This document shows positions 37,331 through 47,789 of a stretch of DNA of 64,000 nucleotides, one piece after another. Below the pieces are notes generated by a model, which saw nothing but the letters and a program-made list of their open reading frames with translations, was not told the DNA's origin and did not search any database. The stretch comes from Trinickia sp. (lineage in GTDB: Bacteria; Pseudomonadota; Gammaproteobacteria; Burkholderiales; Burkholderiaceae), in contig NZ_JBQCIV010000136.1 of NCBI RefSeq assembly GCF_051953405.1, forward strand, positions 1 to 64,000, read 5' to 3'. Position numbers and translations under genes: made by a program. Each line of letters starts with the position of its first letter. The first letter of the stretch is position 1.

Positions 37331-38551
37331 ATGGACTCGCTGATCGCAGCGGCGGCCCGCGCACTCGCGGCCGGTGACGCGCTTGGTGCGCTCAATCGCG
37401 TCGCGTTGCGCGAGGACGCGTTCGCGCTCGCGCTACGCGGCATTGCCATGGCGCAGCTTGGCGATTTCGCAGATGCCAAGCGGTTGCTGCGCCGTGCGGC
37501 GCGCGCATTCGGATCCCAAGCGCCGCTGGCCCGCGCGCGATGCATCGTGGCCGAAGCCGAAGTGGCATTGGCCTCGCGCGACTTACGGTGGCCCGACCCG
37601 TCGTTCGATGCCGCGCGCGCCACGCTCGAAGCGCACGGCGATCGGCTCAATGCCGAGCATGCGCGCTGCCTCGAAGCGCGGCTATGGCTGCTCACGGGGC
37701 GCCCCGACGAAGCCGAGCGTGCGCTGGCGTCGTCGTCGCGCGGCCCGTTGCCTCAAGCATTGCGTGCGTCGCGTGCGTTGCTCGAAGCGGGCATCGCGAT
37801 GCGCCGGCTGCACGCTAGCGCCGCGCGCGCCGCGCTCGATCGTGCCGCGCATGCGGCGCGCGAGTCCGGCATTGCTGCGTTGATGGCGGAAGTGGAGGGC
37901 GCGCAGCGCTCGCTCGCCGCGCCCGTGGCCCGGCTGATCGCAGGAGGCCAAAGCCGGCCCGTGACGTTGGGCGAGGCGCAGGCGCTGTCGTCGCCGCAGC
38001 GGCTGATCGTCGATGCCTGCCGCTACGCCATCCGCGAAGCGGATGCGACGATTTCTCTTGCGACGCGCCCCGTGTTGTTCACCCTTGCGCGGATGCTGGG
38101 CGAAGCGTGGCCGGAGGATGTTCCGCGCGAGCGCTTGATCGCGCACGCCTTCCGAGCCCGGCATATCGACGAATCGCATCGTGCACGGCTGCGCGTGGAA
38201 ATGGGCAGACTGCGCGTGCTGCTACGCAAGGTGGCCGATATTGCGGCGACCCAACGCGGCTTCGCGCTGATGCCGACGAGGGCGCATGAGGTCGTCGTCC
38301 TGGCGCACCCCATCGAGCAAAAGCACGGCGCCGTGCTGGCTTTGCTGGCGGACGGCGAGTCGTGGTCGAGTTCCGCATTGGCGCTCGCGCTCGGCGCCAG
38401 CCAACGCTCGGTGCAGCGAGCGCTCGAAGCGTTAGCGGCGGCCGGCAAGATTCAATCGTTGGGCGAAGGGCGCGCGCGCCGATGGATGACGCCGCCCGTC
38501 ATCGGATTCGCGACGACTTTGTTACTCCCCTCTCCCTGGACGGACGATTAG
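37331..38551 (+). CDS. hypothetical regulator-like protein (Ala/Arg-rich helical N-terminal region, C-terminal winged-helix-like segment)
   Basis: ORF with coding-like composition; C-terminal SSALALALGASQRSVQRALEALAAAGKI resembles a wHTH. Confidence 0.45.
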   Translation: MDSLIAAAARALAAGDALGALNRVALREDAFALALRGIAMAQLGDFADAKRLLRRAARAFGSQAPLARARCIVAEAEVALASRDLRWPDPSFDAARATLEAHGDRLNAEHARCLEARLWLLTGRPDEAERALASSSRGPLPQALRASRALLEAGIAMRRLHASAARAALDRAAHAARESGIAALMAEVEGAQRSLAAPVARLIAGGQSRPVTLGEAQALSSPQRLIVDACRYAIREADATISLATRPVLFTLARMLGEAWPEDVPRERLIAHAFRARHIDESHRARLRVEMGRLRVLLRKVADIAATQRGFALMPTRAHEVVVLAHPIEQKHGAVLALLADGESWSSSALALALGASQRSVQRALEALAAAGKIQSLGEGRARRWMTPPVIGFATTLLLPSPWTDD

Positions 38552-38561
38552 GATCGGTGCC

Positions 38562-39245
38562 ATGAAACGATCGAATGCAGAAATTATTCGGGAATACGGC
38601 CCCCTGCCGGGGATCGATGCCGTACACGGTCTGACCTACGACGGCCGGAAAGTCTGGATTGCCGCCGGCGATAAGCTATGCGCGCTCGATCCGACGAGCG
38701 GCGAAATCGGGCGGCGCATCGACCTGCCGGCCGACGCGGGCACGGCGTTCGACGGCACGCACTTGTTCCAGATCGACGGCGACGTCATTCGCAAGATCGA
38801 CGCCGCCACCGGCCAGGTGCTCGCCATGATCGCCGTGCCGCCAGGCGGCGGCTGCTCGGGGCTCGCGTGGGCCGAGGGCTCGCTCTGGGTCGGCTGCTAT
38901 CCGGCGCGCAAGATCTATCGAGTCGATCCCGAAACCGGCGAGGTGCTGCGCACGATCGAATCGAACCGCTTCGTGACAGGCGTCACGTGGGTGGACGGCG
39001 AGCTTTGGCACGGCACGTGGGAGGGCGAGGACAGCGAGATTCGACACGTCGATCCGCAATCGGGCGAAGTGATCGAAGCGCTGGCGATGCCCGAGGGCAC
39101 GATGGTATCGGGCCTCGAATCGGACGGCGCCGACCGCTTCTTCTGCGGCGGCGGCAAGAGTGCAAAGGTGAGGGTGGTGCGACGCCCGAAACGCGGCGAG
39201 GCACCTGGCGGCCCGGCGATTGCCGCCGAGGGACCGAGCGAGTGA
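38562..39245 (+). CDS. hypothetical beta-propeller repeat protein
   Basis: Repeated G-x-L/WxG motifs (GRKVWIA, GTHLFQI, GSLWVG, GELWHG). Confidence 0.5.
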   Translation: MKRSNAEIIREYGPLPGIDAVHGLTYDGRKVWIAAGDKLCALDPTSGEIGRRIDLPADAGTAFDGTHLFQIDGDVIRKIDAATGQVLAMIAVPPGGGCSGLAWAEGSLWVGCYPARKIYRVDPETGEVLRTIESNRFVTGVTWVDGELWHGTWEGEDSEIRHVDPQSGEVIEALAMPEGTMVSGLESDGADRFFCGGGKSAKVRVVRRPKRGEAPGGPAIAAEGPSE

Positions 39246-39333
39246 GCGGCGTCGATACGGCTGAAAAGCGGCCTGAAACAAGGCTTAAAACAAGACTCAA
39301 AACAAGACCCGTTGCCCTCGCGCGCCGTTGCCG

Positions 39334-39747
39334 TCATTCCGATGGTGTTTTGTTCGGCAGCGAGCGCAGTTGCGCGTAATGCTTTTCCGCCCACAGCCAG
39401 ACGCCGCAAAAGGCGGCGCATAGGCTATGACCGAGTTCGGTCAATCCATACTCGACGCGCGGCGGGACCTCGGGATAGACGGTGCGGACGACGAACCCGT
39501 CTTCTTCTAGCTGCCGCAGTGTCTTGGTCAGCATGCGCTGACTGATGCCGCCCACGAGTTCGCCGATACGTGTGAAGCGCAACACGCCGTTTTGCGCGAG
39601 CACTTCGAGCACGCACATCGTCCATTTGTCGGCGATGCGGCCGATCACCTCCATCACCACATCGTCGAGTTCCGGGTTGGAGCGTTTCCCCGTGGGCGAT
39701 TCGAAGACGACGGCGCGCCCGGTGGGCTTTTTCTTACGCGTTGGCAT
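39334..39747 (-). CDS. HxlR-family winged-helix transcriptional regulator
   Basis: WTMCVLEVLAQNGVLRFTRIGELVGGISQRMLTKTLRQLEEDGFV is the HxlR signature; divergent from an SDR gene. Confidence 0.8.
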   Translation of the reverse strand: MPTRKKKPTGRAVVFESPTGKRSNPELDDVVMEVIGRIADKWTMCVLEVLAQNGVLRFTRIGELVGGISQRMLTKTLRQLEEDGFVVRTVYPEVPPRVEYGLTELGHSLCAAFCGVWLWAEKHYAQLRSLPNKTPSE

Positions 39748-39880
39748 GGCGACGACCTGAGCGGATCCTATTCCAATACTTACCAATGTGTTCGTACGGC
39801 ACATTCCGGTGCCTACTTCCTAAAAGAGAGTATTGGGTCTATTCTGCCCTTCGTCAACCACCCACCGAAGGAGCGGCATC

Positions 39881-40660
39881 ATGCAAATGACCGGAAACAC
39901 GATTCTCATCACGGGCGGAGGCTCGGGCATCGGGCGTGCATTGGCCGAGGCGTTCCAGCGGCGCGGCAACGAAGTGATCATCGCGGGCCGGCGCGAGGAC
40001 GCGTTGCGCAACGTGGCGGACGCGAACCCCGGGATGAAAACGGCCGTCCTCGACGTGCAGGATCCGACCAGTATCGAGCGATTCGCCGCGCGCATGGCGG
40101 AGGAATTTCCCGCGCTGAATGTCGTTGTTCACAACGCGGGCATCATGCAAATCGAAAACTGGCGAGCCGACGAAATCGACCTGTCGACCGCCGAGGCCAC
40201 GATCGCGACGAATCTGCTCGCGCCGATTCGCTTATCGGCCGCGTTGCTGCCGCAGCTCAAGCGTCAAACGAAGTCGACGATCGTCACCGTATCTTCGGGT
40301 TTGGCGTTTCTGACGCTGGCGCACACGCCCACCTACAGCGCGACCAAGGCGGCGATTCACGCGTTCAGCGATGCGCTGCGCTATCAGTTGCGCGACACGA
40401 GCGTCGATGTGATCGAGATCGCGCCGCCGTACGTGCAGACAGCGTTGATGGGCGATCAGCAAGCGAGCGATCCGCATGCGATGCCGCTCGCCGCGTTCAT
40501 CGATGAAGTCATGAGCCTGCTCGAGACGCGGCCGAACGCGCGGGAAGTGCTCGTGGAGCGCGTCTATCCTTTGCGGTTCGCGGCCGAGCAGGGGTACGAG
40601 AAGTACATGGAGCAGTTCGAAACCTTCAACGACCGGTTCGGCGCGGCGCTCGAAGGCTGA
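39881..40660 (+). CDS. short-chain dehydrogenase/reductase (SDR)
   Basis: TGGGSGIGRA Rossmann motif, YSATKAA catalytic motif; AAGGAG SD. Confidence 0.85.
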   Translation: MQMTGNTILITGGGSGIGRALAEAFQRRGNEVIIAGRREDALRNVADANPGMKTAVLDVQDPTSIERFAARMAEEFPALNVVVHNAGIMQIENWRADEIDLSTAEATIATNLLAPIRLSAALLPQLKRQTKSTIVTVSSGLAFLTLAHTPTYSATKAAIHAFSDALRYQLRDTSVDVIEIAPPYVQTALMGDQQASDPHAMPLAAFIDEVMSLLETRPNAREVLVERVYPLRFAAEQGYEKYMEQFETFNDRFGAALEG

Positions 40661-40738
40661 TCCGAGGGCGGCCGAGTCGAGTCGTGCGATGAGCGCCGCT
40701 CGCTGAAGGCTTGGCCTTCGCCATACGCGCCCATCGCC

Positions 40739-41509
40739 TCACGATGCGCACGCGTGTACGGCCTCGGCTTCGGTGTCGCTGCCCGATCGACGCTCATCGG
40801 TGCCCGCCCGCATGAGGGCAGCGACGTCGATGCCGAGCGTTTCCCTGAACGACGCCGCGCCATAAGGCGTCACCTGAACGGCGCGAGACGTTTTCGATCG
40901 AATCAGCCATCCGCGCTCGCACAGCGCGGTCAACAAACGCGTGCCGAGCGGGCCGGCAACATGATGTTCGCGTTCGGTCCAATCGAGGCACTGCCGCGCG
41001 AGGCCGCGCCGCGCTGGCTTGATCGAGTCGAGCGGCATCTCCATCCGCTCGCACCAAGCTGCCCCCTCGGCGGTAACCTCGTAACGCTTGTCGGCCGCCT
41101 CGGCGAGATAGCCGCGGGCGATGAGCGCTTGCGTCATCGCCACGCCAAGGCGGCCGGCCAAATGATCGTAGCAACAGCGCGCGAACAGCAGACGCTGCCC
41201 ATCGGCGCTCAAGGGACGGCGCCTGACCTGCTGCACGGGGCCGATCGATGCGAGCGTTTCGAGCGCGGCGGCCACGTGCGAGCCGGCCAATCGATAGTAG
41301 CGATGCCGGCCTTCGGTCTCGACCTTCAGCAAGCCACCGGCCAGCAGTTTCGCGAGATGCGAACTCGCCGTCTGCGCCGTGATGCCGGCAGCGAACGCGA
41401 GTTCGCCCGCGGGGCGCGCCCGTCCGTCGACGAGACACATGAGCATCGCGGAGCGTGCCGGGTCGGCGATCAGGAAGGCGGCGGACGAGAGGTTCGGCTG
41501 CAGCGGCAT
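40739..41509 (-). CDS. ArsR-family HTH regulator with C-terminal extension
   Basis: LIADPARSAMLMCLVDGRARPAGELAFAAGITAQTASSHLAKLLAGGLL HTH_20 pattern; GGAG SD. Confidence 0.7.
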   Translation of the reverse strand: MPLQPNLSSAAFLIADPARSAMLMCLVDGRARPAGELAFAAGITAQTASSHLAKLLAGGLLKVETEGRHRYYRLAGSHVAAALETLASIGPVQQVRRRPLSADGQRLLFARCCYDHLAGRLGVAMTQALIARGYLAEAADKRYEVTAEGAAWCERMEMPLDSIKPARRGLARQCLDWTEREHHVAGPLGTRLLTALCERGWLIRSKTSRAVQVTPYGAASFRETLGIDVAALMRAGTDERRSGSDTEAEAVHACAS

Positions 41510-41700
41510 GCGGCTGTCTCCATCGAGAACGAAAGCGGGCGAGGATGGAAGCACGATAGCAGCAATCGCGCGCGCATGATTCGATGCGCATCGAAGCATG
41601 AATGCGCCCCGCACGCATAGACTCGGCTCCCATGACCCACATCGAGGAGCCGAGCGGTGACCGATCCCAACAGCAACGAGCGAACGGCGGAGGGCCGTTC

Positions 41701-43098
41701 ATGAGTGCCGACCTTGCGTCGCAGAGCCGGCGCGTGCTGGCAGCAACCAGCGTCAGCTACTTCATCGTCATCCTGGATACGTCGATCGTCAACGTGGCGC
41801 TCGAACGGATCTCCCTCGCTTTGTCGATTCCCATTACCGGCCTGCAATGGGTGACGAACGCCTACACGCTGGTTTTCGCGGCACTGTTGCTCTCGGGCGG
41901 CACGCTTGGCGACCGGTTGGGGGCACGCAATGTGTATCTGGCAGGGCTCGCGCTGTTCACGCTGGCCTCGATGTCCTGCGCGCTCGCGGCCAATCTACCG
42001 ATACTCGTGGCCGCGCGCGTCGTGCAGGGCATCGGCGCGGCGCTGCTCGTGCCGTGCTCGCTCAAGCTCATCAATCAAGCGTGCCCGAGCACCGAGGCGC
42101 GCGCTCGCGCGATCGGCTTTTGGGTCGGCTGCGGCGGCGTGGCCATGGCGGCGGGGCCCGTGTTCGGCGGGATCCTCGTTCATCTCATGGACTGGCGCAG
42201 CATCTTCTTCGTCAACGTTCCCGTCGGTTTGGCCGGGATCGTCATGACTTGCCGCGTGGCCCGCGACGTCCCGAAGGGGCCGGCGCGCCGTCTCGACGTC
42301 GCGGGGCAAACGGCCGCGGTCGTCGCATTGGCTGCGCTGATCGCCGTCCTGATCGAGGGCGAGCCGCTCGGCTGGCGCTCGCCGATCGTCTTGGCGGGCA
42401 TGGTCGCGACCGTCTGCGCTTGGGCGCTATTTCTCGCGATCGAGTCGCGCACGCGCGATGCCATGCTGCCCCTGTCGCTGTTTCGAAATGGCGTGTTCTC
42501 GGGCTCGACGTTCGTGTCGATGGCGTCGGCCTTCGTCTTCTACGGCTTGTTGTTCGTGGCGAGTCTGTACTATCAACGCGTGCGCGCCTATTCGCCGCTC
42601 TCGACCGGCTTGGCGTTGCTGCCGATGACGACGATGGTGGCCGTCAGCGGTGTGTTGTCGAATCGCTTGTCGAAGGCGGGCGGATCGCGCGCATCGATGT
42701 GCACCGCGTTCGGTCTGTATGCGGCCGGCGCGCTGGCACTCATGGCGCTGGTGTCGGGGGCGCCGAATTGGACAGCCGTCGTGCCGCTCGTCGCCATCGG
42801 GCTTGCCGCCGGGTACGTCACGCCGGCAGCGACGGCCCCCGCGCTGGCGACAGTCGAGCATCGAGACGCGGGCATCGCGGCGGGCGCGTTGAACGCGGCG
42901 CGCCAGTCGGGGTCCGCGCTCGGCGTGGCCGTGTTCGGCTCCGTGCTCGGTGCGAACATGCCGTTCGTGATGGCTATGCGCGTCGTGCTGTGCGGTGCGG
43001 CGGTCATGGCGATCGCGGCGGCGCTGGTCTGGTGGAAGGCGACGGCGGTGCGCACCCCACGAGCCGCGCGCTCGCGCACCGATTCCTCGTACGGCTGA
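41701..43098 (+). CDS. MFS transporter, DHA2 (14-TMS) family; start uncertain (alternatives 41602 or 41632)
   Basis: MFS motifs (GTLGDRLGARNV), 14 hydrophobic segments. Confidence 0.8.
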   Translation: MSADLASQSRRVLAATSVSYFIVILDTSIVNVALERISLALSIPITGLQWVTNAYTLVFAALLLSGGTLGDRLGARNVYLAGLALFTLASMSCALAANLPILVAARVVQGIGAALLVPCSLKLINQACPSTEARARAIGFWVGCGGVAMAAGPVFGGILVHLMDWRSIFFVNVPVGLAGIVMTCRVARDVPKGPARRLDVAGQTAAVVALAALIAVLIEGEPLGWRSPIVLAGMVATVCAWALFLAIESRTRDAMLPLSLFRNGVFSGSTFVSMASAFVFYGLLFVASLYYQRVRAYSPLSTGLALLPMTTMVAVSGVLSNRLSKAGGSRASMCTAFGLYAAGALALMALVSGAPNWTAVVPLVAIGLAAGYVTPAATAPALATVEHRDAGIAAGALNAARQSGSALGVAVFGSVLGANMPFVMAMRVVLCGAAVMAIAAALVWWKATAVRTPRAARSRTDSSYG

Positions 43099-43203
43099 GG
43101 CAGGGCACGCTCGCCCGCATTGCGTCTCGCACGGAAGGACGGGGCGTGGCATAAGGCTTGCGCAGGTGCAGCGCAGTACACCTATGCGAGTACCGTTCCG
43201 TTC

Positions 43204-44478
43204 ATGCCCCGCTCCCGTCATCCGAATCGCGCGCCGCGACGTTCGCCACCGGCCGACGCCGAAGCGGATGCCGGCGAACGCGAGCCACGCCCCGCGCCGG
43301 CGGACCTACCGAACGATTTACGCTACGTCGACGACCGCGGCCCCGGCATCACGCGCAAACTCGTGCGCGGGAAATTCGCGTATTTCGATCCGGACGGCAA
43401 GCGGATCGACGACGAGGCCGAGCTTTCGCGCATCCGCGCACTCGCGGTGCCGCCCGCCTACACGGAGGTTTGGATTTGCCCCGACCCGCTCGGCCATTTG
43501 CAGGCGACGGGACGCGACGCGCGCCGGCGCAAGCAATATCGCTATCACGTGCGCTGGCGCGAACTTCGCGATGCGACGAAGTACGAGCGGATGGCCGCCT
43601 TCGGGCAGGCGTTGCCGAAGATTCGCGCGCGTGTCGCACGCGATCTGCGGCTACCGGACATGCCGTGGGAAAAGGTGGCGGCCACCGTCGTGCGCTTGCT
43701 CGATGTCACCTTGATACGCGTGGGCAGCGCCGAGTATGCGCGCGAGAATCGATCGTTCGGGCTCACCACGTTGCGCAAACGGCACGCCGCCGTGCGCGCG
43801 GGGCACCTGCGTTTCCGTTTTCGGGGCAAGAGCGGGATCGAGCATGACGTCGACGTGGACGACCCGCGCATTGCGCGCATCGTGCGACGGTGCATGGACT
43901 TGCCCGGGCGCGAACTGTTCCAGTACGTCGACGAGGACGGCACGCACCGGCCCGTCGGCTCGTCCGATATCAACGACTATTTGCGCGAGGCGAGCGGAGC
44001 GGACTTCACCGCCAAGGACTATCGAACCTGGGCCGGCAGCGTCTTCGCTTTGGCGGCGCTCAGGTGCATCGAACCGGGCAACGTCACGCATGTGCGCAAA
44101 CATCTGGCGGAAACGATCAAGCTCGTAGCGGCGACGTTGCGCAATACGCCGGCCGTGTGTCGTCGCTGCTACATTCATCCGGCTGTCGTCGAGGCGTTCG
44201 AAGCGGGCGAACTCAAAGGTTTGCCGAACGTGCGGACGCGCCGGGGATTGAGGGCCGACGAGGCGGCGTTCGCCGCCTTGCTCGCGCGCGCAGCAAGGCG
44301 TGCGAAGCGCGAGGCGAAGCAAAGCGAAGCGGCGGCGAAACGGCGGACGACGATCGAACGCACGAACGGCAAGCCGCACGCTCGCACACGCGTGTCCGAG
44401 GAATCGGGCACGCCCCGATGTCTTAACGCATGGCGCCGAACGTCTGCAGCACAAGCACGACGTTCAGCGCCACGATGA
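43204..44478 (+). CDS. bacterial type IB DNA topoisomerase (poxvirus-like TopIB)
   Basis: DLRYVDDRGPGITR N-terminus, KQYRYH, TAKDYRTWAGS and catalytic-Tyr context CRRCYIHPAV. Confidence 0.75.
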   Translation: MPRSRHPNRAPRRSPPADAEADAGEREPRPAPADLPNDLRYVDDRGPGITRKLVRGKFAYFDPDGKRIDDEAELSRIRALAVPPAYTEVWICPDPLGHLQATGRDARRRKQYRYHVRWRELRDATKYERMAAFGQALPKIRARVARDLRLPDMPWEKVAATVVRLLDVTLIRVGSAEYARENRSFGLTTLRKRHAAVRAGHLRFRFRGKSGIEHDVDVDDPRIARIVRRCMDLPGRELFQYVDEDGTHRPVGSSDINDYLREASGADFTAKDYRTWAGSVFALAALRCIEPGNVTHVRKHLAETIKLVAATLRNTPAVCRRCYIHPAVVEAFEAGELKGLPNVRTRRGLRADEAAFAALLARAARRAKREAKQSEAAAKRRTTIERTNGKPHARTRVSEESGTPRCLNAWRRTSAAQARRSAPR

Positions 44479-45730
44479 CCGCGGTCGCGGCGACGGCCGC
44501 CACCGTGACGCGCCGGCTGTTGACGAACGCGCCCATGAGGTCGCGCCGGCTCGTCACGATCACGAGCGCGATCATCGGCACGGGCAAGGCGAAGCTGAGC
44601 GCGACCTGGCTATAGAGCAACGCGTCGGTCGCATTCACGCCGAGTGCAACCACGACGAACGCAGGCGCCATCGTCAACAAGCGCCGCACGCCCACCGGAA
44701 TGCGAAAGCCGACGAACCCTTGCATCACCATCTGTCCCGCCATCGTCCCGACGACCGAACTCGAAATGCCCGAGGCCAGCAGCGACACAAGAAAGACGGC
44801 TGCCGCGCCGGCGCCGAGCAGCGGTGTCAGGCTGCGATAGGCGGTGTCGATCTCGGCGATGTCGGTGTGGCCGGCGTGGAATGCACCGGACGCCATGACG
44901 ACCATTGCCATGTTGACGAGTCCCGCCACCGACAGGGCGGCGACGACCTCGCGATTCGAAAAGCGCAGCAGCTTGCGGCGCGCGGCGTGGTTGCTCGCGG
45001 GCGCACGGTTTTGCGTGAGCCCCGAATGCAGATAGATCGCGTGCGGCATGACGGTCGCGCCGAGGATGCCGGCGGCGACCGACAGCGCGCCCGGCCCCTT
45101 CAATTGCGGCACGAATGCCCCTACCGCCGCCGCGTGCCAATCCACGTCGACCAGCATCAACTCGACGACGTAAGCGAGCGCGACGGTTCCGATCAGCGCG
45201 CCGACGATGAGTTCGAGCGGCCGGAACCCCTGACGTTCGGCGGCGAGAATCGCGTAGGTGACGATGCCGGTCAGGCCCATGCCGACGAGCAGGGGGACGT
45301 GCAAGAGCAGCGATAAGCCGAGCGCGCCGCCCAAAAACTCGGCGAGGTCGGTTGCCATCGCGGCGATTTCGCTGATGCCCCACATCGCATAGACGACCGG
45401 CACGGGAAAGTGCTCGCGGCTGATCTCGGCGAGATTGCGGTTCGTGACGATCCCGAGCTTGGCGGAAAGGCCTTGAAACAGCATTGCGATGACGTTGGCG
45501 GCGAGCACGACCCAAAGCAGGGAGTAGCCGTACTTGGCCCCGGCTTGGAGGTTCGTCGCGAAATTACCGGGATCGACATAGGCGATCGAGGCGACGACGG
45601 CCGGCCCGGCGAACAGCAGCGCCGAGCGTACGCGCGCGAGCGGGCTGCGCGAGCCGCGCCCCGCGAGGGCATCGCCGATCGCGAGCGTCGTTCGTTGGCT
45701 CATTCCCAGTTGCATCTGCGCAGTCGTCAT
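44423..45730 (-). CDS. mntH: Nramp-family divalent metal (Mn2+/Fe2+) transporter MntH
   Basis: AYVDPGNFATNLQAGAKYGY and MPH motif (GATVMPHAIYLHS); converges and overlaps TopIB 3' end. Confidence 0.85.
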   Translation of the reverse strand: MTTAQMQLGMSQRTTLAIGDALAGRGSRSPLARVRSALLFAGPAVVASIAYVDPGNFATNLQAGAKYGYSLLWVVLAANVIAMLFQGLSAKLGIVTNRNLAEISREHFPVPVVYAMWGISEIAAMATDLAEFLGGALGLSLLLHVPLLVGMGLTGIVTYAILAAERQGFRPLELIVGALIGTVALAYVVELMLVDVDWHAAAVGAFVPQLKGPGALSVAAGILGATVMPHAIYLHSGLTQNRAPASNHAARRKLLRFSNREVVAALSVAGLVNMAMVVMASGAFHAGHTDIAEIDTAYRSLTPLLGAGAAAVFLVSLLASGISSSVVGTMAGQMVMQGFVGFRIPVGVRRLLTMAPAFVVVALGVNATDALLYSQVALSFALPVPMIALVIVTSRRDLMGAFVNSRRVTVAAVAATAVIVALNVVLVLQTFGAMR

Positions 45731-45895
45731 GGCGCACCTCGTCAGTCTTGCTCTTGGTGCCAATGATAAAAGCTATCGAAAAACAAAATACAATTGTTTT
45801 TGTAAATCGACTCCATACCCGACGACGCTCGCACCTGTCGAGAGAACTCGTGCCACCCTCCCTTCCGCTTCCGTCGATGCGCGGCGGTGCGATGG

Positions 45896-46924
45896 CTACG
45901 ACGCCCGCGCCGCATTCATAAGTTTCCATTGCGGCGCATATTCCACCTCGGACCAGCTAAACGGCAACGCGCCGGGGCTGCGACGTATTTCGTCGACTTC
46001 GAACCGGATGAGCCGCTCGGCGCCGGGAAACGATTCGAGCGCCGCGCCTTCCCAGACGATCTGCGCACGCGCGGCGACATAGAGCAGGTCGCCCTGCTCG
46101 AAATCGATGAACAGCAGGCCGGCACGGGCATCGACCGCAAGATTGCCGAGCGTGTTGAAGAATTGATTGCCGCGATAGTCGGGGGCGACGAAGGTGCGCT
46201 CGTCGGCAAAGCGGACGAACCCCGGCTGTCCGCCGCGGTGCGAGACGTCCACGCCTTGCGACGGCGCGTCGTCCCGCAAGCTGCCGCGCGTGGCGATGAA
46301 GTACGTATCGCTGCGCTCGATCAACGCGCGATCGGCCGCATCGAGCGCGTTCGCTCGGTGTGCGCGTGCGCGCCCAGCGATAGGCGAGCCCGTTGCCGTC
46401 GAACCCGGCGTTTCGGTGCGCGTCGGCGTACGGCTCTGGATGTACTTCGCACAGTTGCCGAAGCTTTGGCTGACGCGAATCGTCAGCACATCGCCTTCGG
46501 CGGCGGTCACGGTTCCGTTGACGCGGTTGCGCCGCCGCGTGGGCAACTCGATGCCGAGTCCCCCAAGCGACGCCCCTTCGCGCCACCCTCCGGCGAGCGG
46601 ATCGCCGGCCGTCGCCTGCCCGCCGATGCGCAGCGTCGTGGCATCGGGCGAGGAGACGAAGCCCGGCTCGCCGATACGCAGCGTCGCCCAAGGCTGCCCC
46701 AGCGCGTCGATGCCGCCGAGCACGATAAACGGCAATTGCTCGAAGAACTGGCGATGCTGCTCGGGCAGATAGCGCCGAATGCTACGCCGGCCACCGATTT
46801 CAGCCTTCTCTCGCACGCCCGCGCGCATTTGCACGGCCACTTCGCCGGCATGGAACGGGGCTTCGTCGAGATCCCAGCCTGCTAGCGCGGTCGGGGCAAC
46901 GCGGGGGGCAGTCGTGGCGTTCAT
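45896..46924 (-). CDS. pyridoxamine-5'-phosphate-oxidase-like FMN-binding split-barrel protein
   Basis: Family-level pattern only. Confidence 0.55.
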   Translation of the reverse strand: MNATTAPRVAPTALAGWDLDEAPFHAGEVAVQMRAGVREKAEIGGRRSIRRYLPEQHRQFFEQLPFIVLGGIDALGQPWATLRIGEPGFVSSPDATTLRIGGQATAGDPLAGGWREGASLGGLGIELPTRRRNRVNGTVTAAEGDVLTIRVSQSFGNCAKYIQSRTPTRTETPGSTATGSPIAGRARAHRANALDAADRALIERSDTYFIATRGSLRDDAPSQGVDVSHRGGQPGFVRFADERTFVAPDYRGNQFFNTLGNLAVDARAGLLFIDFEQGDLLYVAARAQIVWEGAALESFPGAERLIRFEVDEIRRSPGALPFSWSEVEYAPQWKLMNAARAS

Positions 46925-46951
46925 GGCGCTCGAATCCTTTTCGACAGGACG

Positions 46952-47593
46952 TTATGCGGCGGTGGCGGGCAACGCGGACTTGGGCATCGCGACGAAGCCC
47001 GGCAATGCTTCGATTCGGGCGAGCCATGCGCGAATGTTCGGATACGGCTCCAGCGAAACGCCGCCTTCGGGCGCGTGCGCGATGTACGTATAGGCCGCGA
47101 CGTCGGCGATCGTCGGGTGCGTGCCGATGGCGAACGGCCGCGCTTCGAACTGAGGTTCGATCACAGCGAACAGCGCGTTCGAAATGCGCACGGCGCTAGC
47201 GTAGTCGAGCGGGTAGCCGAAAAGTTTGATCAACCGAGCGGCGCAGGGCCCGTAAGCGATTTGTCCCGCCGCCAGCGAAAGCCACTGGGCAACGTGCGCC
47301 GCGCCGACGGGATCGTCCGGCAACCACGACGCATCCCCGTAGCGCTTGGCCAGATAGACGAGGATCGCATTCGAATCGAAGATCGCCGTATCGCCGTCTT
47401 CGATAACGGGCACGTGACCGAACGGGCTCATCGCGAGGAATGCCGGCTGCCTTTGTTCGCCCGCCGCGAGATTGACCTCGACCGTTTCGAACGGCAAACC
47501 GAGCAGACTCAAGCAAAGTTTCGCGCGGTGCGCGTGACCCGAGAGACGCGCGGCGTGCAGGCGGATCGGTTGGTCGGGGCGGGCGAGCGGCAT
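46952..47593 (-). CDS. glutathione S-transferase
   Basis: GST N- and C-domain pattern (SGHAHRAKLCLSLLGLPFE...). Confidence 0.8.
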   Translation of the reverse strand: MPLARPDQPIRLHAARLSGHAHRAKLCLSLLGLPFETVEVNLAAGEQRQPAFLAMSPFGHVPVIEDGDTAIFDSNAILVYLAKRYGDASWLPDDPVGAAHVAQWLSLAAGQIAYGPCAARLIKLFGYPLDYASAVRISNALFAVIEPQFEARPFAIGTHPTIADVAAYTYIAHAPEGGVSLEPYPNIRAWLARIEALPGFVAMPKSALPATAA

Positions 47594-47789
47594 GGTCGAA
47601 TCCTCGTGGCGATGTGAACGATGTGAGCGATGGTGTAGGCAAGTCGCGAACGCGAAACGTGAATGCGAAACGCGAACACGAACGCGACGACGAACGCTAA
47701 CGTGATGGCGAGCAGACTATCGCACCGCGATTGATTGCATAAGATGGATAATGGTCGAATCACAATCCACTTATGATGGACAATCGACC

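Noticed and set aside
45764-45895. Mn riboswitch (yybP-ykoY) upstream of mntH
   Set aside because: The region is too short and lacks the conserved paired helices. Only an AT-rich imperfect palindrome is seen, so I report it as a possible protein operator instead.
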